DNA from: a bacterium
GTDB taxonomy: Bacteria; UBA8248
NCBI GenBank assembly: GCA_965219955.1
Contig: OZ244799.1
Span: 608,001-672,000, forward strand
Direction: 5' to 3'
DNA: 64,000 nt
The notes under the pieces were generated by a model. The model had not been told where the DNA came from. It did no database searches and worked only from the letters and a program-made list of their open reading frames with translations. Both the position numbers and the translations under genes were made by a program. This document shows positions 20,149 to 29,548 of this stretch, in pieces. Numbering within the stretch: the first letter of the stretch is position 1; each line of letters opens with the position of its first letter.

Positions 20149-21204
20149 TCACTTCGGCAACTCGGGGGTTTTGACTTCCGGCAGATCGCCCGTGAGCGCG
20201 CCCATGAAGGCGATCAGGTCTTCTTTTTCTGCTTTCGTGAGCTTGAGGGGCTTCATGTCCGGGTCGAGGTTCGGGTTCTGCTCTCCCCCCTTGTCATAGA
20301 AATCGACCACTTCCGCAAGCGTGTTGAAGCGGCCGTCGTGCATGTAGGGCGCCGTGCGGGTGATGTGGCGAAGCGTGGGCGTCTTGAATTTCCCCCGGTC
20401 CTTTGACTTTTTGGTGATTTCCTCCCGTCCGAGCGCCAGAGGCTTCTTGTCCATCCCTATCCCTAAGTTGTGGAACTTGTCGTCCGTGAAGGGCGCGCTG
20501 AACTCATCCACAAGATGGCATTTCACGCAATTTCCCTTGTTTTTGAAGACCTCGAACCCCCGGATCGCCCGCGGCGACAGCGCGGACGCATCCCCTCCGT
20601 ATTTCCAGCGGTCGAAGGGAGAATTCCCCGAGAGCAGGGTGCGCTCGAAGGTGGCGATGGCCTGAACGACTCGTTCCAGGCTGACGCCGGGGCTCCCGAA
20701 CGCCTCTTTGAATCGCTCCCGGTATCCCGGGATAGCGCCGAGTGTGCGGATGATTCTCTCTTCGCTCGAGGCCATCTCGCCCGGGTGGAGAATCGGGCCC
20801 CTGGCCTGCTCCTCGAGGCTCGCGGCGCGCCCGTCCCAGAACTGGGACTCGTTGTAGGCGGCGTTGATGACGGTGGGCACGTTCCTGAGCGTGAGCCGGC
20901 CGCCAAAGCCGATTCCGTACTGGCGCGCGTTCGAGAATCCGCGCCGGGGCATGTGGCACGTCGCGCAGGAGACCTTCCCGTCGCCGGAGAAGCGTTTTTC
21001 GAAATAAAGCAGCCTTCCGAGTTCGATCTTGGGCCGCGTCATGGGGTTGTCATCGGGCACGGGGACGTCGTCGAGGCCGAGCGGCGGCTCGGGGGGGAGT
21101 TCTTCCAGCGCAGGCGCGTTTTGCGCATGCGAGATCGGCGCGGGCGTCCATCCGATCGCCGGAATCAGGATGCAGAGCGCTGCGAGTCGCACGAGATGGA
21201 ACAC
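20149..21204 (-). CDS. Diheme cytochrome c peroxidase superfamily protein, MauG-like
   Basis: CATCH, RNVPT, QFWDGRA, CVKCH and FKTPTLR...APYMHDG...VVDFY motifs. Confidence 0.93.
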   Translation of the reverse strand: MFHLVRLAALCILIPAIGWTPAPISHAQNAPALEELPPEPPLGLDDVPVPDDNPMTRPKIELGRLLYFEKRFSGDGKVSCATCHMPRRGFSNARQYGIGFGGRLTLRNVPTVINAAYNESQFWDGRAASLEEQARGPILHPGEMASSEERIIRTLGAIPGYRERFKEAFGSPGVSLERVVQAIATFERTLLSGNSPFDRWKYGGDASALSPRAIRGFEVFKNKGNCVKCHLVDEFSAPFTDDKFHNLGIGMDKKPLALGREEITKKSKDRGKFKTPTLRHITRTAPYMHDGRFNTLAEVVDFYDKGGEQNPNLDPDMKPLKLTKAEKEDLIAFMGALTGDLPEVKTPELPK

Positions 21205-21259
21205 GGTCTACCTCTTCGAACCGGGCGGCCCGGCAGGGCGGATCAAAGATTCTCCGGCG

Positions 21260-21652
21260 TCACGTTCTTCTCAGCAACTCGATGCTGACGCCATCGGGCG
21301 CCTCGATGAAGGCGATGCGCGTCTTGGGGTTGAATTGTACCGGTTCGACGGTGAATTTCACGCCCTTTTTCTTGAGGTCGGCGCAGTAGGCGTCGAAATC
21401 CCCTGAAACCTCGAAGGCGAAGTGATCCGTCCCCCATTCGAGGCCGCCCTTATCGCCCGCGCTCTCGCCCGTTCTCTCCCCGCGGACGATGACCGTGGCG
21501 CCGTTGAATTTTACGGGAATCTGCGGCGCGCCCTTGAACACGCCGCCCTCTCCGCGCTCGCCGCCCAGGTTCTCGACGAACCAGTTCACGCTCGCCTCGG
21601 GGTCTTTGCTGATGACGTGCACGTGGTCGAACGCGATGCTTGCTGAACTCAT
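21260..21652 (-). CDS. VOC (glyoxalase-like) family protein
   Basis: DHVH, DHFAF and APDGVSIEL motifs. Confidence 0.9.
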   Translation of the reverse strand: MSSASIAFDHVHVISKDPEASVNWFVENLGGERGEGGVFKGAPQIPVKFNGATVIVRGERTGESAGDKGGLEWGTDHFAFEVSGDFDAYCADLKKKGVKFTVEPVQFNPKTRIAFIEAPDGVSIELLRRT

Positions 21653-21699
21653 TGTCTGGCTCCTGTCTTTTGTAACCGTTTCACGTCTCGTTTTATCGT

Positions 21700-22350
21700 T
21701 TAACTATCCCAGGTGACGTCCCCGAACTCATCCGGCGCAGGTCTTCCCGCGGCGCGGAATCCGGCGACTTCCGCCTTGCTCTGCGCGACGGTGCTGTTCG
21801 CCCCGTGGCCGGGGTAGAGCACCGTGTCGTCCGGCAGGGCGAACACCTTGTTCTCGATGGAATCGAGCGACTGAAGCAGTTGTTCGTGGTTCCAGGTCTT
21901 GCCCGGGCCGCCGGGGAAAATCGTGTCCCCGCAGACGCAGTGGCCCGGGAAGTAGAACATCAGCATGCCCTTGCAGTGTCCGGGCGTGTGGATGGCCTTG
22001 AGGGTGATCTCGCCGAAAGTGATCTCCTCGCCGTCCGCGATGGTGAAATCCGGGCTGATGCCGAACTCCTTCGCGTCCTCGGCGTGCTGGCCCAGGGGCG
22101 CGCCCGTGCGGGAGCGCACCTCATCGAGCGCGTCGATGTGGTCGCCGTGGCAATGGGTCTGTAGAATGTATTTGGGCGTGGCGCCTTCGCACGCGGCGAG
22201 GATCGGCTCGGCGGAATGAGAGGTGTCGATGATGACGCACTCCTTCGTCGCCTTGCACGTCAGCACGTACACGTTGTTGCTGTAGGGGCCGATGTTGAGT
22301 TTTTGAAAATCGAGTGCGGGAAGGTCCACTCTCTGGTCGAATTCACCCAT
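21700..22350 (-). CDS. MBL-fold metallo-hydrolase (glyoxalase II-like)
   Basis: THCHGDH, TPGH, GDT and PGHG motifs. Confidence 0.92.
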   Translation of the reverse strand: MGEFDQRVDLPALDFQKLNIGPYSNNVYVLTCKATKECVIIDTSHSAEPILAACEGATPKYILQTHCHGDHIDALDEVRSRTGAPLGQHAEDAKEFGISPDFTIADGEEITFGEITLKAIHTPGHCKGMLMFYFPGHCVCGDTIFPGGPGKTWNHEQLLQSLDSIENKVFALPDDTVLYPGHGANSTVAQSKAEVAGFRAAGRPAPDEFGDVTWDS

Positions 22351-22458
22351 GGTGTTTTCTCTCCTTTGTCTGATGAATGCCGGCGTTCATGAAGACGAAG
22401 TGACAGGAAACTTTACTGCCTTAACCGGGCAGACCACAACCTTGAGTTGAGAATTTTC

Positions 22459-23133
22459 ATGGACGAACCCTTCGTATACGCGAACCTGGCGGTGACGCTC
22501 GACGGGAAAATCGCAAGTTTCGACCGCGAGGATTTCTCGCTTGGTTCGAAAGCGGACCGCCTCGAGATGGATCGCCTGAGAGCCCGTGCGGACGCCGTGA
22601 TATGGGGCGGCGAAACACTGAGGACGGCGCGCCACCCCGCGCGGGTGCGCGAGGAATCCCTCGTTCGCGAGCGCATGGAACGCGGCCTCCCGCCGCATCC
22701 GGCGAACGCGCTGATCACGAAAAGCGGCGTTTTCCCCAATCAACTGCCGTGGTTCGAAGCTGATGCGATCGAGCGCTTGATATTCACCGGGCCGGAGGGG
22801 GCGCGCCGCCTTGAGGACACCCAAACCGGGGACGCGCGAGTCGTCGTTCTGGATGAGGCGGAACCACTCGCGCCACAGGTGCTGGCCCATCTGGGGGAGT
22901 GCGGGATGAAGAACGTGCTGCTCGAAGGCGGGGGTTCGCTGGTATGGGAGTTTGCCCGTCATATCGACGAGTTCCACGTGACGCTCACCCCCTGGCTGGC
23001 CGGCGGCGCATCGGCTCCGACGCTCATGGACGGGCCGGGGTTCCCCTCGGGCGGGTTCCTGGGGCTGACGCTTGAGGAAGTCCGGCAAGAGGGGGATGAG
23101 ATTTTCCTGCGCTACACGGCGAAGTGCGAGTGA
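22459..23133 (+). CDS. RibD C-terminal (pyrimidine reductase) domain protein
   Basis: TLDGKIA, LRARADAV and LLEGGG motifs. Confidence 0.88.
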   Translation: MDEPFVYANLAVTLDGKIASFDREDFSLGSKADRLEMDRLRARADAVIWGGETLRTARHPARVREESLVRERMERGLPPHPANALITKSGVFPNQLPWFEADAIERLIFTGPEGARRLEDTQTGDARVVVLDEAEPLAPQVLAHLGECGMKNVLLEGGGSLVWEFARHIDEFHVTLTPWLAGGASAPTLMDGPGFPSGGFLGLTLEEVRQEGDEIFLRYTAKCE

Positions 23134-23147
23134 GGCATCGCGCACCT

Positions 23148-23685
23148 GGGGCTGTTGAAAAAGTTCCCTTCCCAGGAGGTGGAGGGGACGTTCCTCTCGA
23201 CTGGAAAAGCAACCCCCCCTACCCCCCCTTGTCAGGGGGGTATGAAAGAGCAAAACCCTCCACCACAGCGGCGGGGGGGACGGGGCTTTTTTTTACCCCC
23301 CTGACAAGGGGGGGGGTAGGGGGGGGTGCCTTTACCCCTGATAAGGGGGGTAGGGGGGGTGCTCCTTTGAAAAAGTTCTCCTCGGTCGAAAATGACCACC
23401 GCCGTCATTCCGGCGAAAGCCGGAATCCATTTTGACTTTTCACCGGGCGGTGCGGCCACGACCTTCTTGTTAAGCAGCGTCCAGATGCGGAATTCAGAGA
23501 ACTCGCTTTTCGTTTTTGTTTTCGATTCCGATCCTCCCCGTCCCGGAGGAAAAACGTCCGAACGAGAAAGCGAAAAGGCAAAGGCGAAAATGGATTCCGG
23601 CTTTCGCCGGAATGACGGCCAAAACCCGAAACCGGGCGGAGGCGCAGGCGTCACTCCCTCCTCGATGGACTTTTCCACCAACCCA
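23148..23685. repeat. Composite palindromic repeat/MITE mosaic
   Basis: GGGCTGTTGAAAAAG end, CCCCCCTTGTCAGGGGGG units and an inverted pair GTCATTCCGGCGAAAGCCGGAATCCA / TGGATTCCGGCTTTCGCCGGAATGAC. Confidence 0.85.
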
Positions 23686-23801
23686 CCACCGCGCCGATTG
23701 AACCGCCACCGCCCCGTGTGATACTCATGGAGGTCTGAAAATCATTCTTTCGTGATATTCCAACGGTTGCATTCTGATGATGTCGCCGGGAGGGGGAGGC
23801 C

Positions 23802-24791
23802 GTGGCCACCAGGGCGAAGCGAAGATCGGCAAAACCGAAGAGGTTGACGAAAAAGGACCTGAACGCGATGTACCGCAACATGCTGCGCATCCGCCGCTTC
23901 GAGGAGAAGACGGACGAGTTCTTCATGGCGGGACGGGTGAAGGGCGCGGTCCACGTGAGCATCGGGCAGGAGGCGTGCTCGGTCGGCGTCTGCACCGCGC
24001 TGAACGACGAGGACGCCATCCTCACCACCCACCGGGGCCACGGGCACTCCATCGCCAAGGGCACCCGGATGCCCGAGATGATGGCCGAGCTTTTGGGCAA
24101 GTCCACCGGGCTATGCAAGGCGCGGGGCGGCTCCATGCACATCGCCGATATTTCCAAGGGCCACTACGGCGCGCACTCCATCGTGGGGGCGAACATGCCG
24201 ATGGCGACGGGGATGGGCCTCGCCTACCAGCTCGAAGGCGCGGGCCGCGTGGCGGTGGTCTTCTTCGGGGACGGCGCCTCGAACCAGGGCAGCTTCCACG
24301 AGTCGATGAACCTGTGCGCCATCTGGAAGCTGCCGGTCATCTTCTTCTGCGAGAACAACCACTACGCGGTGAGCTACCACGTGGAGCGCTCCACCGCCGT
24401 CAAGGACATCAGCGTGCGCGCGCAGGGCTACGACTCGCCGGGCGTGACGGTGGACGGCATGGACGTGGTGGCCGTCTACGAGGCGACGGCGGAGGCCGTG
24501 CGCCGCGCGCGCGAGGGCGGCGGCCCCAGCCTCATCGAGGCGAAGACCTACCGCTTCTTCGGCCACTCGCGCGGCGACCCCCAGTTCGGCCCCTACCGCA
24601 CGAAAGAAGAGGTGGACGAGTGGAGAAAGCGCGATCCGCTCACGATCGCGGCCGACATGCTGAAACTCACCGAAGCGCAGAAAAAGGCGCACCTGAAAGC
24701 CGTGGACAAGGAGTTGAACGGGGCCATCGACTTTGCGGAGGGCAGCCCCGAGGCCACGCTCGAATCGGCACTCGAGGACGTATACGCCTAG
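23802..24791 (+). CDS. TPP-dependent dehydrogenase E1 alpha subunit (AcoA/PdhA-like)
   Basis: GQEA, GGSMH, FGDGA...ENN and TYRFFGHS motifs. Confidence 0.93.
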   Translation: MATRAKRRSAKPKRLTKKDLNAMYRNMLRIRRFEEKTDEFFMAGRVKGAVHVSIGQEACSVGVCTALNDEDAILTTHRGHGHSIAKGTRMPEMMAELLGKSTGLCKARGGSMHIADISKGHYGAHSIVGANMPMATGMGLAYQLEGAGRVAVVFFGDGASNQGSFHESMNLCAIWKLPVIFFCENNHYAVSYHVERSTAVKDISVRAQGYDSPGVTVDGMDVVAVYEATAEAVRRAREGGGPSLIEAKTYRFFGHSRGDPQFGPYRTKEEVDEWRKRDPLTIAADMLKLTEAQKKAHLKAVDKELNGAIDFAEGSPEATLESALEDVYA

Positions 24792-24821
24792 AAGAGGGGA
24801 TGGTGGAATCACTGACCCCTG

Positions 24822-25333
24822 GGGGGGTGTTGAAAAAGCCTGTTTCGGGATCAGCGGCATGGAGGTTCATGCGGCGCAGACGCGATGGTTTTGTAGGGAC
24901 AGGCCTCCGTGCCTGTCCTGACGAAGGACAACCACGAAGAGCAGGACAGGCACGGAGGCCTGTCCCTACGGTGAACAATTCGATGATCGGGATGTCCTCT
25001 TCTCAAAGGGATGTTGAAAAAGCCCCGTGGAGCGATTTTGGTTGAACGCACGTTTTTGAAGTTCACTCCCCCCTTGAGGGGGAGTCGATGAAGCCGAGCG
25101 GTTTTTGCGAAGGCTGAATCGGTGGGGGGTAAAATGCGTTTTATTGCCAGTTCAAATTATACCCCCCACCGAATCGCTTTCGGGCTTACGCCCTCAGCTC
25201 TTCGACTCCCCCTCAAGGGGGGAGTGGTTGGTTGGCGCTCTGCAAGGGAGGAGTATAGTTTCATTCTTTTATGGTTAGCTCCATACGTGGAATCACGAAA
25301 TCATGGCTTTTTCAGCAACCCCCTCAAGGGGGA
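24822..25333. repeat. Composite REP/MITE mosaic between E1 alpha and beta
   Basis: Inverted copy of 11419-11566 plus a CCCCCTTGAGGGGG...CCCCCTCAAGGGGG element also found at 61310-61625. Confidence 0.85.
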
Positions 25334-25364
25334 ATGAGGAAAACCCAAGCAGGAGAGAAATGAG

Positions 25365-26345
25365 ATGCGAGAGATCACTTTTGTGGATGCGTTGACCGAA
25401 GCCCATCACGAGGAGATGGAGCGCGATGAGCGCGTGATCGTCATGGGCGAGGACGTGGAGCTTGCCTACGTCTTCGGCGTGACGAAGGGCCTCGCGGATA
25501 AATTCGGGCGCGACCGCGTGCGCGACACGCCCATCAGCGAACTCGGCATCGTGGGCGCGGGCGTGGGCGCCGCCATGGCGGGCTATAGGCCCATCGTCGA
25601 GATCATGTTCATGGACTTCATCATGCTGGCGATGGACCCGCTCATCAACCAGGCGGCCAAGCTGCGCTACATGCTGGGCGGGCAGTTGAGCGTGCCGCTC
25701 GTCGTGCGCACCCCCGGCGGCGGCGGCGTTCAGTACGGCCCCACGCACAGCCAGTGCCTCGAAGCCTGGTTCATGCAGATCCCGGGCATCAAGGTGGCCG
25801 CGCCGAGCGACCCCGCCGACGCCAAGGGCCTGATGTGCGCGGCGATTCGCGACGACAACCCCGTGCTCATGGTGGAGCACAAGATGCTCTACAAGATGAA
25901 GGGGCCCGTGCCCGAGGGCGAGCACGTCACCCCCTTCGGCCAGGCGGCCGTGAAGCGTGAAGGCTCGGATATCACTCTCATCGGCGTGGGCTATCAGGTG
26001 CACAATTGCCTGGCGGCGGCGGATGAACTCGCCGGGGAGGGCATCAGCGCCGAAGTGGTCGACCCCAGGACCCTGGCCCCGCTCGACACCGCGACGCTCG
26101 CCGAATCCGTCCGCAAGACGAACCGCTGCATCATCGTCGAGGAAGGGCATCTCAGAAGCGGCGTGGGTTCCGAAATATCCGCCGCCGTTCAGGAAGAGGC
26201 CTTCGACTACCTCGACGCCCCCATCGGCCGCGTGGCCGCCCTCGACGCGCCCATCCCCTTCGAGCCCCGCCTCGAGGATTTCGTGCTCCCCAACACCGCC
26301 AACGTCGTCGACGCCGCGAAAAAGGCGCTGGGGGTGAGTGTGTAG
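25365..26345 (+). CDS. TPP-dependent dehydrogenase E1 beta subunit
   Basis: GEDV, DTPISE, EIMFMDF, HSQ and DYLDAP motifs. Confidence 0.95.
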   Translation: MREITFVDALTEAHHEEMERDERVIVMGEDVELAYVFGVTKGLADKFGRDRVRDTPISELGIVGAGVGAAMAGYRPIVEIMFMDFIMLAMDPLINQAAKLRYMLGGQLSVPLVVRTPGGGGVQYGPTHSQCLEAWFMQIPGIKVAAPSDPADAKGLMCAAIRDDNPVLMVEHKMLYKMKGPVPEGEHVTPFGQAAVKREGSDITLIGVGYQVHNCLAAADELAGEGISAEVVDPRTLAPLDTATLAESVRKTNRCIIVEEGHLRSGVGSEISAAVQEEAFDYLDAPIGRVAALDAPIPFEPRLEDFVLPNTANVVDAAKKALGVSV

Positions 26346-26480
26346 GGTGATTCCGATTGATGAAGGAGAAATTGACGCGAGTGCGGAGCGAGTGTTTGCC
26401 GACCGATTCGAGAGGGTCTGGGGAACGTCGAATGTTCAGCTCACGAAGTCATGCCGCTTGAAGGTTGGTGAAAATAATAA

Positions 26481-26981
26481 ATGTTGACGAACGACGAGAT
26501 TCAAGGACTGATAACATCTCCAAAGAAGATTACGGATAAATCTCCCGCAAAATTCTACAGAGAGGTTGATGGCTCCCGACGTGGTTCTTTGACTTTGGAG
26601 AGCGTTAGCTCAGAAATAGAGCGGTTCTCCGTTTTTATCCGGCAAAACATCCGATTCATCGAGAACTATTCCATCGGCTTGCGTTATCAAATCAAAAACA
26701 AGGACTTGGGGTCCGTAACACTTATTCGCTACAATGGGCCGCATGGCGAGAGCAGCCGCGACGAAGACGGTCATTTTGGCAAACCGCATATCCACCGTAT
26801 AACGGCTGAAGAATTACAATCCGGCAGTCTTCAGCCACAGGAGAGTCATAGAGAAATTACGGATAGGTACAGCACGTTTGAAAATGCTCTTGTCGTTTTC
26901 TTCAAGGATGCGGGTATAACGAATTGGAAGGATTACTTTCCCGAGTTGAGCCAAGGGACTCTTTTCGATGGACATCGATAA
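26481..26981 (+). CDS. Hypothetical protein with RYNGPHG...PHIH motif (DUF6978-like)
   Basis: AT-rich ORF overlapping the next gene; His motif; ends in QGTLFDGHR. Confidence 0.65.
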   Translation: MLTNDEIQGLITSPKKITDKSPAKFYREVDGSRRGSLTLESVSSEIERFSVFIRQNIRFIENYSIGLRYQIKNKDLGSVTLIRYNGPHGESSRDEDGHFGKPHIHRITAEELQSGSLQPQESHREITDRYSTFENALVVFFKDAGITNWKDYFPELSQGTLFDGHR

Positions 26982-27735
26982 GGCAATCAGCCTACTCAAT
27001 GATAATGCCAAAACCGGTTTTGGTGTATATCAACGAAGGCAAGATAAATATCAACTCATCGTCCCCATACTCCATGAGGACGGCGATATGGTGGACGTGT
27101 ATTTGCAAGACAGCCCCAAAAGCGAAAACCATGTGCGCATCTGTGATTTCGGCATGGCGGTCATGCGACTTTCCTACACGTATGAAATCAACAGCCCGTC
27201 TCGACAGAAGATTTTCGACAGCATTTTGATCAACAACGGGGTTCAAAGCGAGGAAGGAAATCTTTATCTGGATACCACTCCCGAAATGCTTTACGAAAAC
27301 ATGCTGCAATTTGCGGGCTGTGTTCAGAAAGTATGCAACATGCGCTATTGGAGCAGGGAGATCGTCCGAAGCGCGTTTTACGACGATTTGAGAGATTACG
27401 CCACGACGGAATTGGCGCGGTTTCATCCGATGCCCGATGCGTGCCCGCTTCCGAATTACGAAATCATAAGTGTGGATTGGTCTCTCACGTACAAAGAACG
27501 TAGCCTTTATCTTTTTGGTATAGGGAGCAACGACAAGGCGAAAAATGTCGCCATTTCACTGCTGGAGTTTCAAAAAGCGAACTTGCCGTTTATCAGCCTG
27601 ATTGTCCATGAAGACATGGAGGAACTTGGAAGAAGGGAAAGGTTGTATCTAACTAAAAACGCGGATACACAATACCCGACACTAGGGGATTTTCAAGATA
27701 GAGCACTCTCGGATATTGAACGACTCGTGGCTTGA
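26968..27735 (+). CDS. DUF1828-like domain protein
   Basis: P...DGDMVDVYL...ICDFG motif typical of DUF1828; overlaps the upstream ORF by 14 nt. Confidence 0.7.
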   Translation: MDIDKAISLLNDNAKTGFGVYQRRQDKYQLIVPILHEDGDMVDVYLQDSPKSENHVRICDFGMAVMRLSYTYEINSPSRQKIFDSILINNGVQSEEGNLYLDTTPEMLYENMLQFAGCVQKVCNMRYWSREIVRSAFYDDLRDYATTELARFHPMPDACPLPNYEIISVDWSLTYKERSLYLFGIGSNDKAKNVAISLLEFQKANLPFISLIVHEDMEELGRRERLYLTKNADTQYPTLGDFQDRALSDIERLVA

Positions 27736-27869
27736 AGCGAGAGGTTAGAGCGGATTCAAGAATCACAGCCGGTCGGGTCTGCAGACTGTGTTAGCTGATG
27801 CCCCTTGAGTGATAACTGATGGGGTCATTGAATTCATTGCAAGGTGAGTGAAGTTTGGAGCCTGACAAC

Positions 27870-28643
27870 ATGGGAAAAAAGCAATGTTTTGTGATTCAGC
27901 CTTTTGATAAGGGTAAATTTGAAGAAAGATATGAAGATATTTTTTTTCCGGCCATAAAGGCGGCGCAAGCCGAACCGTATAGAGTTGATGAAGATGTCGC
28001 GGCCGAAAATCTCATTATTGCTATTGAAGAGGGTATCAGGAAAGCTGATGTGTGTTTTGCCGAAATAACCTCGCATAACAGAAATGTTTGGTATGAATTA
28101 GGCTATGCGATTGCTATTTTAAAGCCAGTAACAATGGTTTGCGAAGAGAGTTGTGAACTCCCATTTGATGTGAGAAGTCGCCGTGTCATCATGTATAAAG
28201 ATAAGGATGTTTCAAGTAGGCACTTTGAGCAGTTGAGAAGTGATATTACTCGTTCGATACAAGCTGCCTTGGAAAGAGCCATCAAAATCGAAAAGATTAC
28301 GGATCCTGTTTCTCCTTCCCTCAATCTTGATGAAATGCGGCAACATACTTTAACGGCTCTAGTGATAATAGCTTCCAATGCCGAGCGTGATGAAGGGGTG
28401 AGTTTATATTCTCTAAAACAAGATATGAATAATGCGGGGTTCAACGATTTGGCTACCAATCTCGCACTTAGAGAATTAGTTCAGAAACAATTCGTAACAA
28501 AACAGAATGAGGGATACGATAATCCTTTTGCTTCTTGTACAGAGAAAGCGATGGAATGGCTCTCCGCAAATCAGGACAATTTGAGCTTGAAAGAAGATAC
28601 TTCCCGTCGCGAAGAACTATCAGACGATGACATACCATTTTGA
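27870..28643 (+). CDS. Nucleoside 2-deoxyribosyltransferase/TIR-like domain plus putative wHTH, with DDDIPF tail
   Basis: CFVIQPF...RVD...ADVCFAEIT..NRNVWYELGYA...LPFDV motif set. Confidence 0.8.
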   Translation: MGKKQCFVIQPFDKGKFEERYEDIFFPAIKAAQAEPYRVDEDVAAENLIIAIEEGIRKADVCFAEITSHNRNVWYELGYAIAILKPVTMVCEESCELPFDVRSRRVIMYKDKDVSSRHFEQLRSDITRSIQAALERAIKIEKITDPVSPSLNLDEMRQHTLTALVIIASNAERDEGVSLYSLKQDMNNAGFNDLATNLALRELVQKQFVTKQNEGYDNPFASCTEKAMEWLSANQDNLSLKEDTSRREELSDDDIPF

Positions 28644-28715
28644 ATAGTAAGGGCAATCATAATGCTCGGTGAGTAGGCTCTAGTGCTCCGCTGATCGAGC
28701 GGGGAGAGGGGAAGC

Positions 28716-28820
28716 CTAGAGATTGACCTCGGCGTCGGGCGCGCCCGCCTTGAGCGCATTCATCCAGGTGAGGCACAACTCTCGCGAGCGGTAGTCGCCG
28801 TAAGCCTTGGTTTCTTTCCT
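28716..28820 (-). pseudogene. C-terminal remnant of a type IIG (Eco57I-like) restriction-modification enzyme
   Basis: Reads RKETKAYGDYRSRELCLTWMNALKAGAPDAEVNL*; no start, truncated at the REP cluster. Confidence 0.5.
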
Positions 28821-28832
28821 CGTCCCGAAAAG

Positions 28833-28970
28833 CAGGGCGGTTCACGAACCGCCCCTACAGAATGCCGGATGAAAGGGTTCCGGCATGACGGCAAAAACGG
28901 GCGGACACGGGGGTCCGCCCCTACGAGATCGCCCGATCTTTACAGCGGGCGGCTCTCGAGCCGCCCCTAC
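28833..28970. repeat. Cluster of three GTAG-family REP hairpins
   Basis: GGGCGG-N-CCGCCCCTAC occurs three times. Confidence 0.8.
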
Positions 28971-29126
28971 GGGAAGACCACCAACCGAACGAACGCGAAA
29001 AGACACCGGATTCCGCAGCTCCTCCTTCCTCAGTCGGGTCTGACACCGGAGTGACGAATAAAACGGCCCCAAACGCCCTTGCATCAGACCCGTTCGTGGA
29101 CGATATTCGGTCCATAGGAGGCGGCC

Positions 29127-29402
29127 ATGTCCCTTTCGAACCGGATAAAACCCATCAGCTACTTAAAGACGCACGCCGAGGAAATCGTCCGTACGCTCGG
29201 GGAGCGGGGGGAGCCGCTGGTGATCACCCAGAACGGGGAAGCCAAGGTGGTCATGCAGGACATCGACAGCTACGAGCGGATGCAGGAGACGCTCGCCCTG
29301 CTCAAGATTCTCGCCCTGGGCGACCGCCAGATTGAAGCCGGGCGGGCGCAACCCGCCGCCGAGGTGACGGCGCGGCTCCGGGAGCGGCTATCGGCCCGCT
29401 GA
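29127..29402 (+). CDS. Phd/YefM family antitoxin
   Basis: IKPISYLK...PLVITQNGEAKVV motif. Confidence 0.92.
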   Translation: MSLSNRIKPISYLKTHAEEIVRTLGERGEPLVITQNGEAKVVMQDIDSYERMQETLALLKILALGDRQIEAGRAQPAAEVTARLRERLSAR

Positions 29403-29497
29403 TGCTCTTCGCGGTCCATCTGAGCGAGGACGCGGTGCGCCCGGCGAACCCTCCCTCATCGCTCGGGTTCGACTCTTTGACTTATCCTCCGCCCTGA
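29402..29497 (+). pseudogene. Truncated RelE/ParE toxin (about 13 N-terminal codons)
   Basis: TGATG coupling to the antitoxin; MLFAVHLSEDAVR resembles a ParE N-terminus, then similarity stops. Confidence 0.6.
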
Positions 29498-29548
29498 GCG
29501 AAACTGGCTGTACCAGCTACTCCACGAGGACAGACCGGAGATAGCCGA

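Noticed and set aside
23124-23721. ORFs within repeat clusters (also 11172-11779, 58124-58948, 61380-61696, 63239-63509)
   Set aside because: They are translations of REP/MITE palindromes (VIPAKAGI, WIPAFAGMT, GTGLRACP), not genes.
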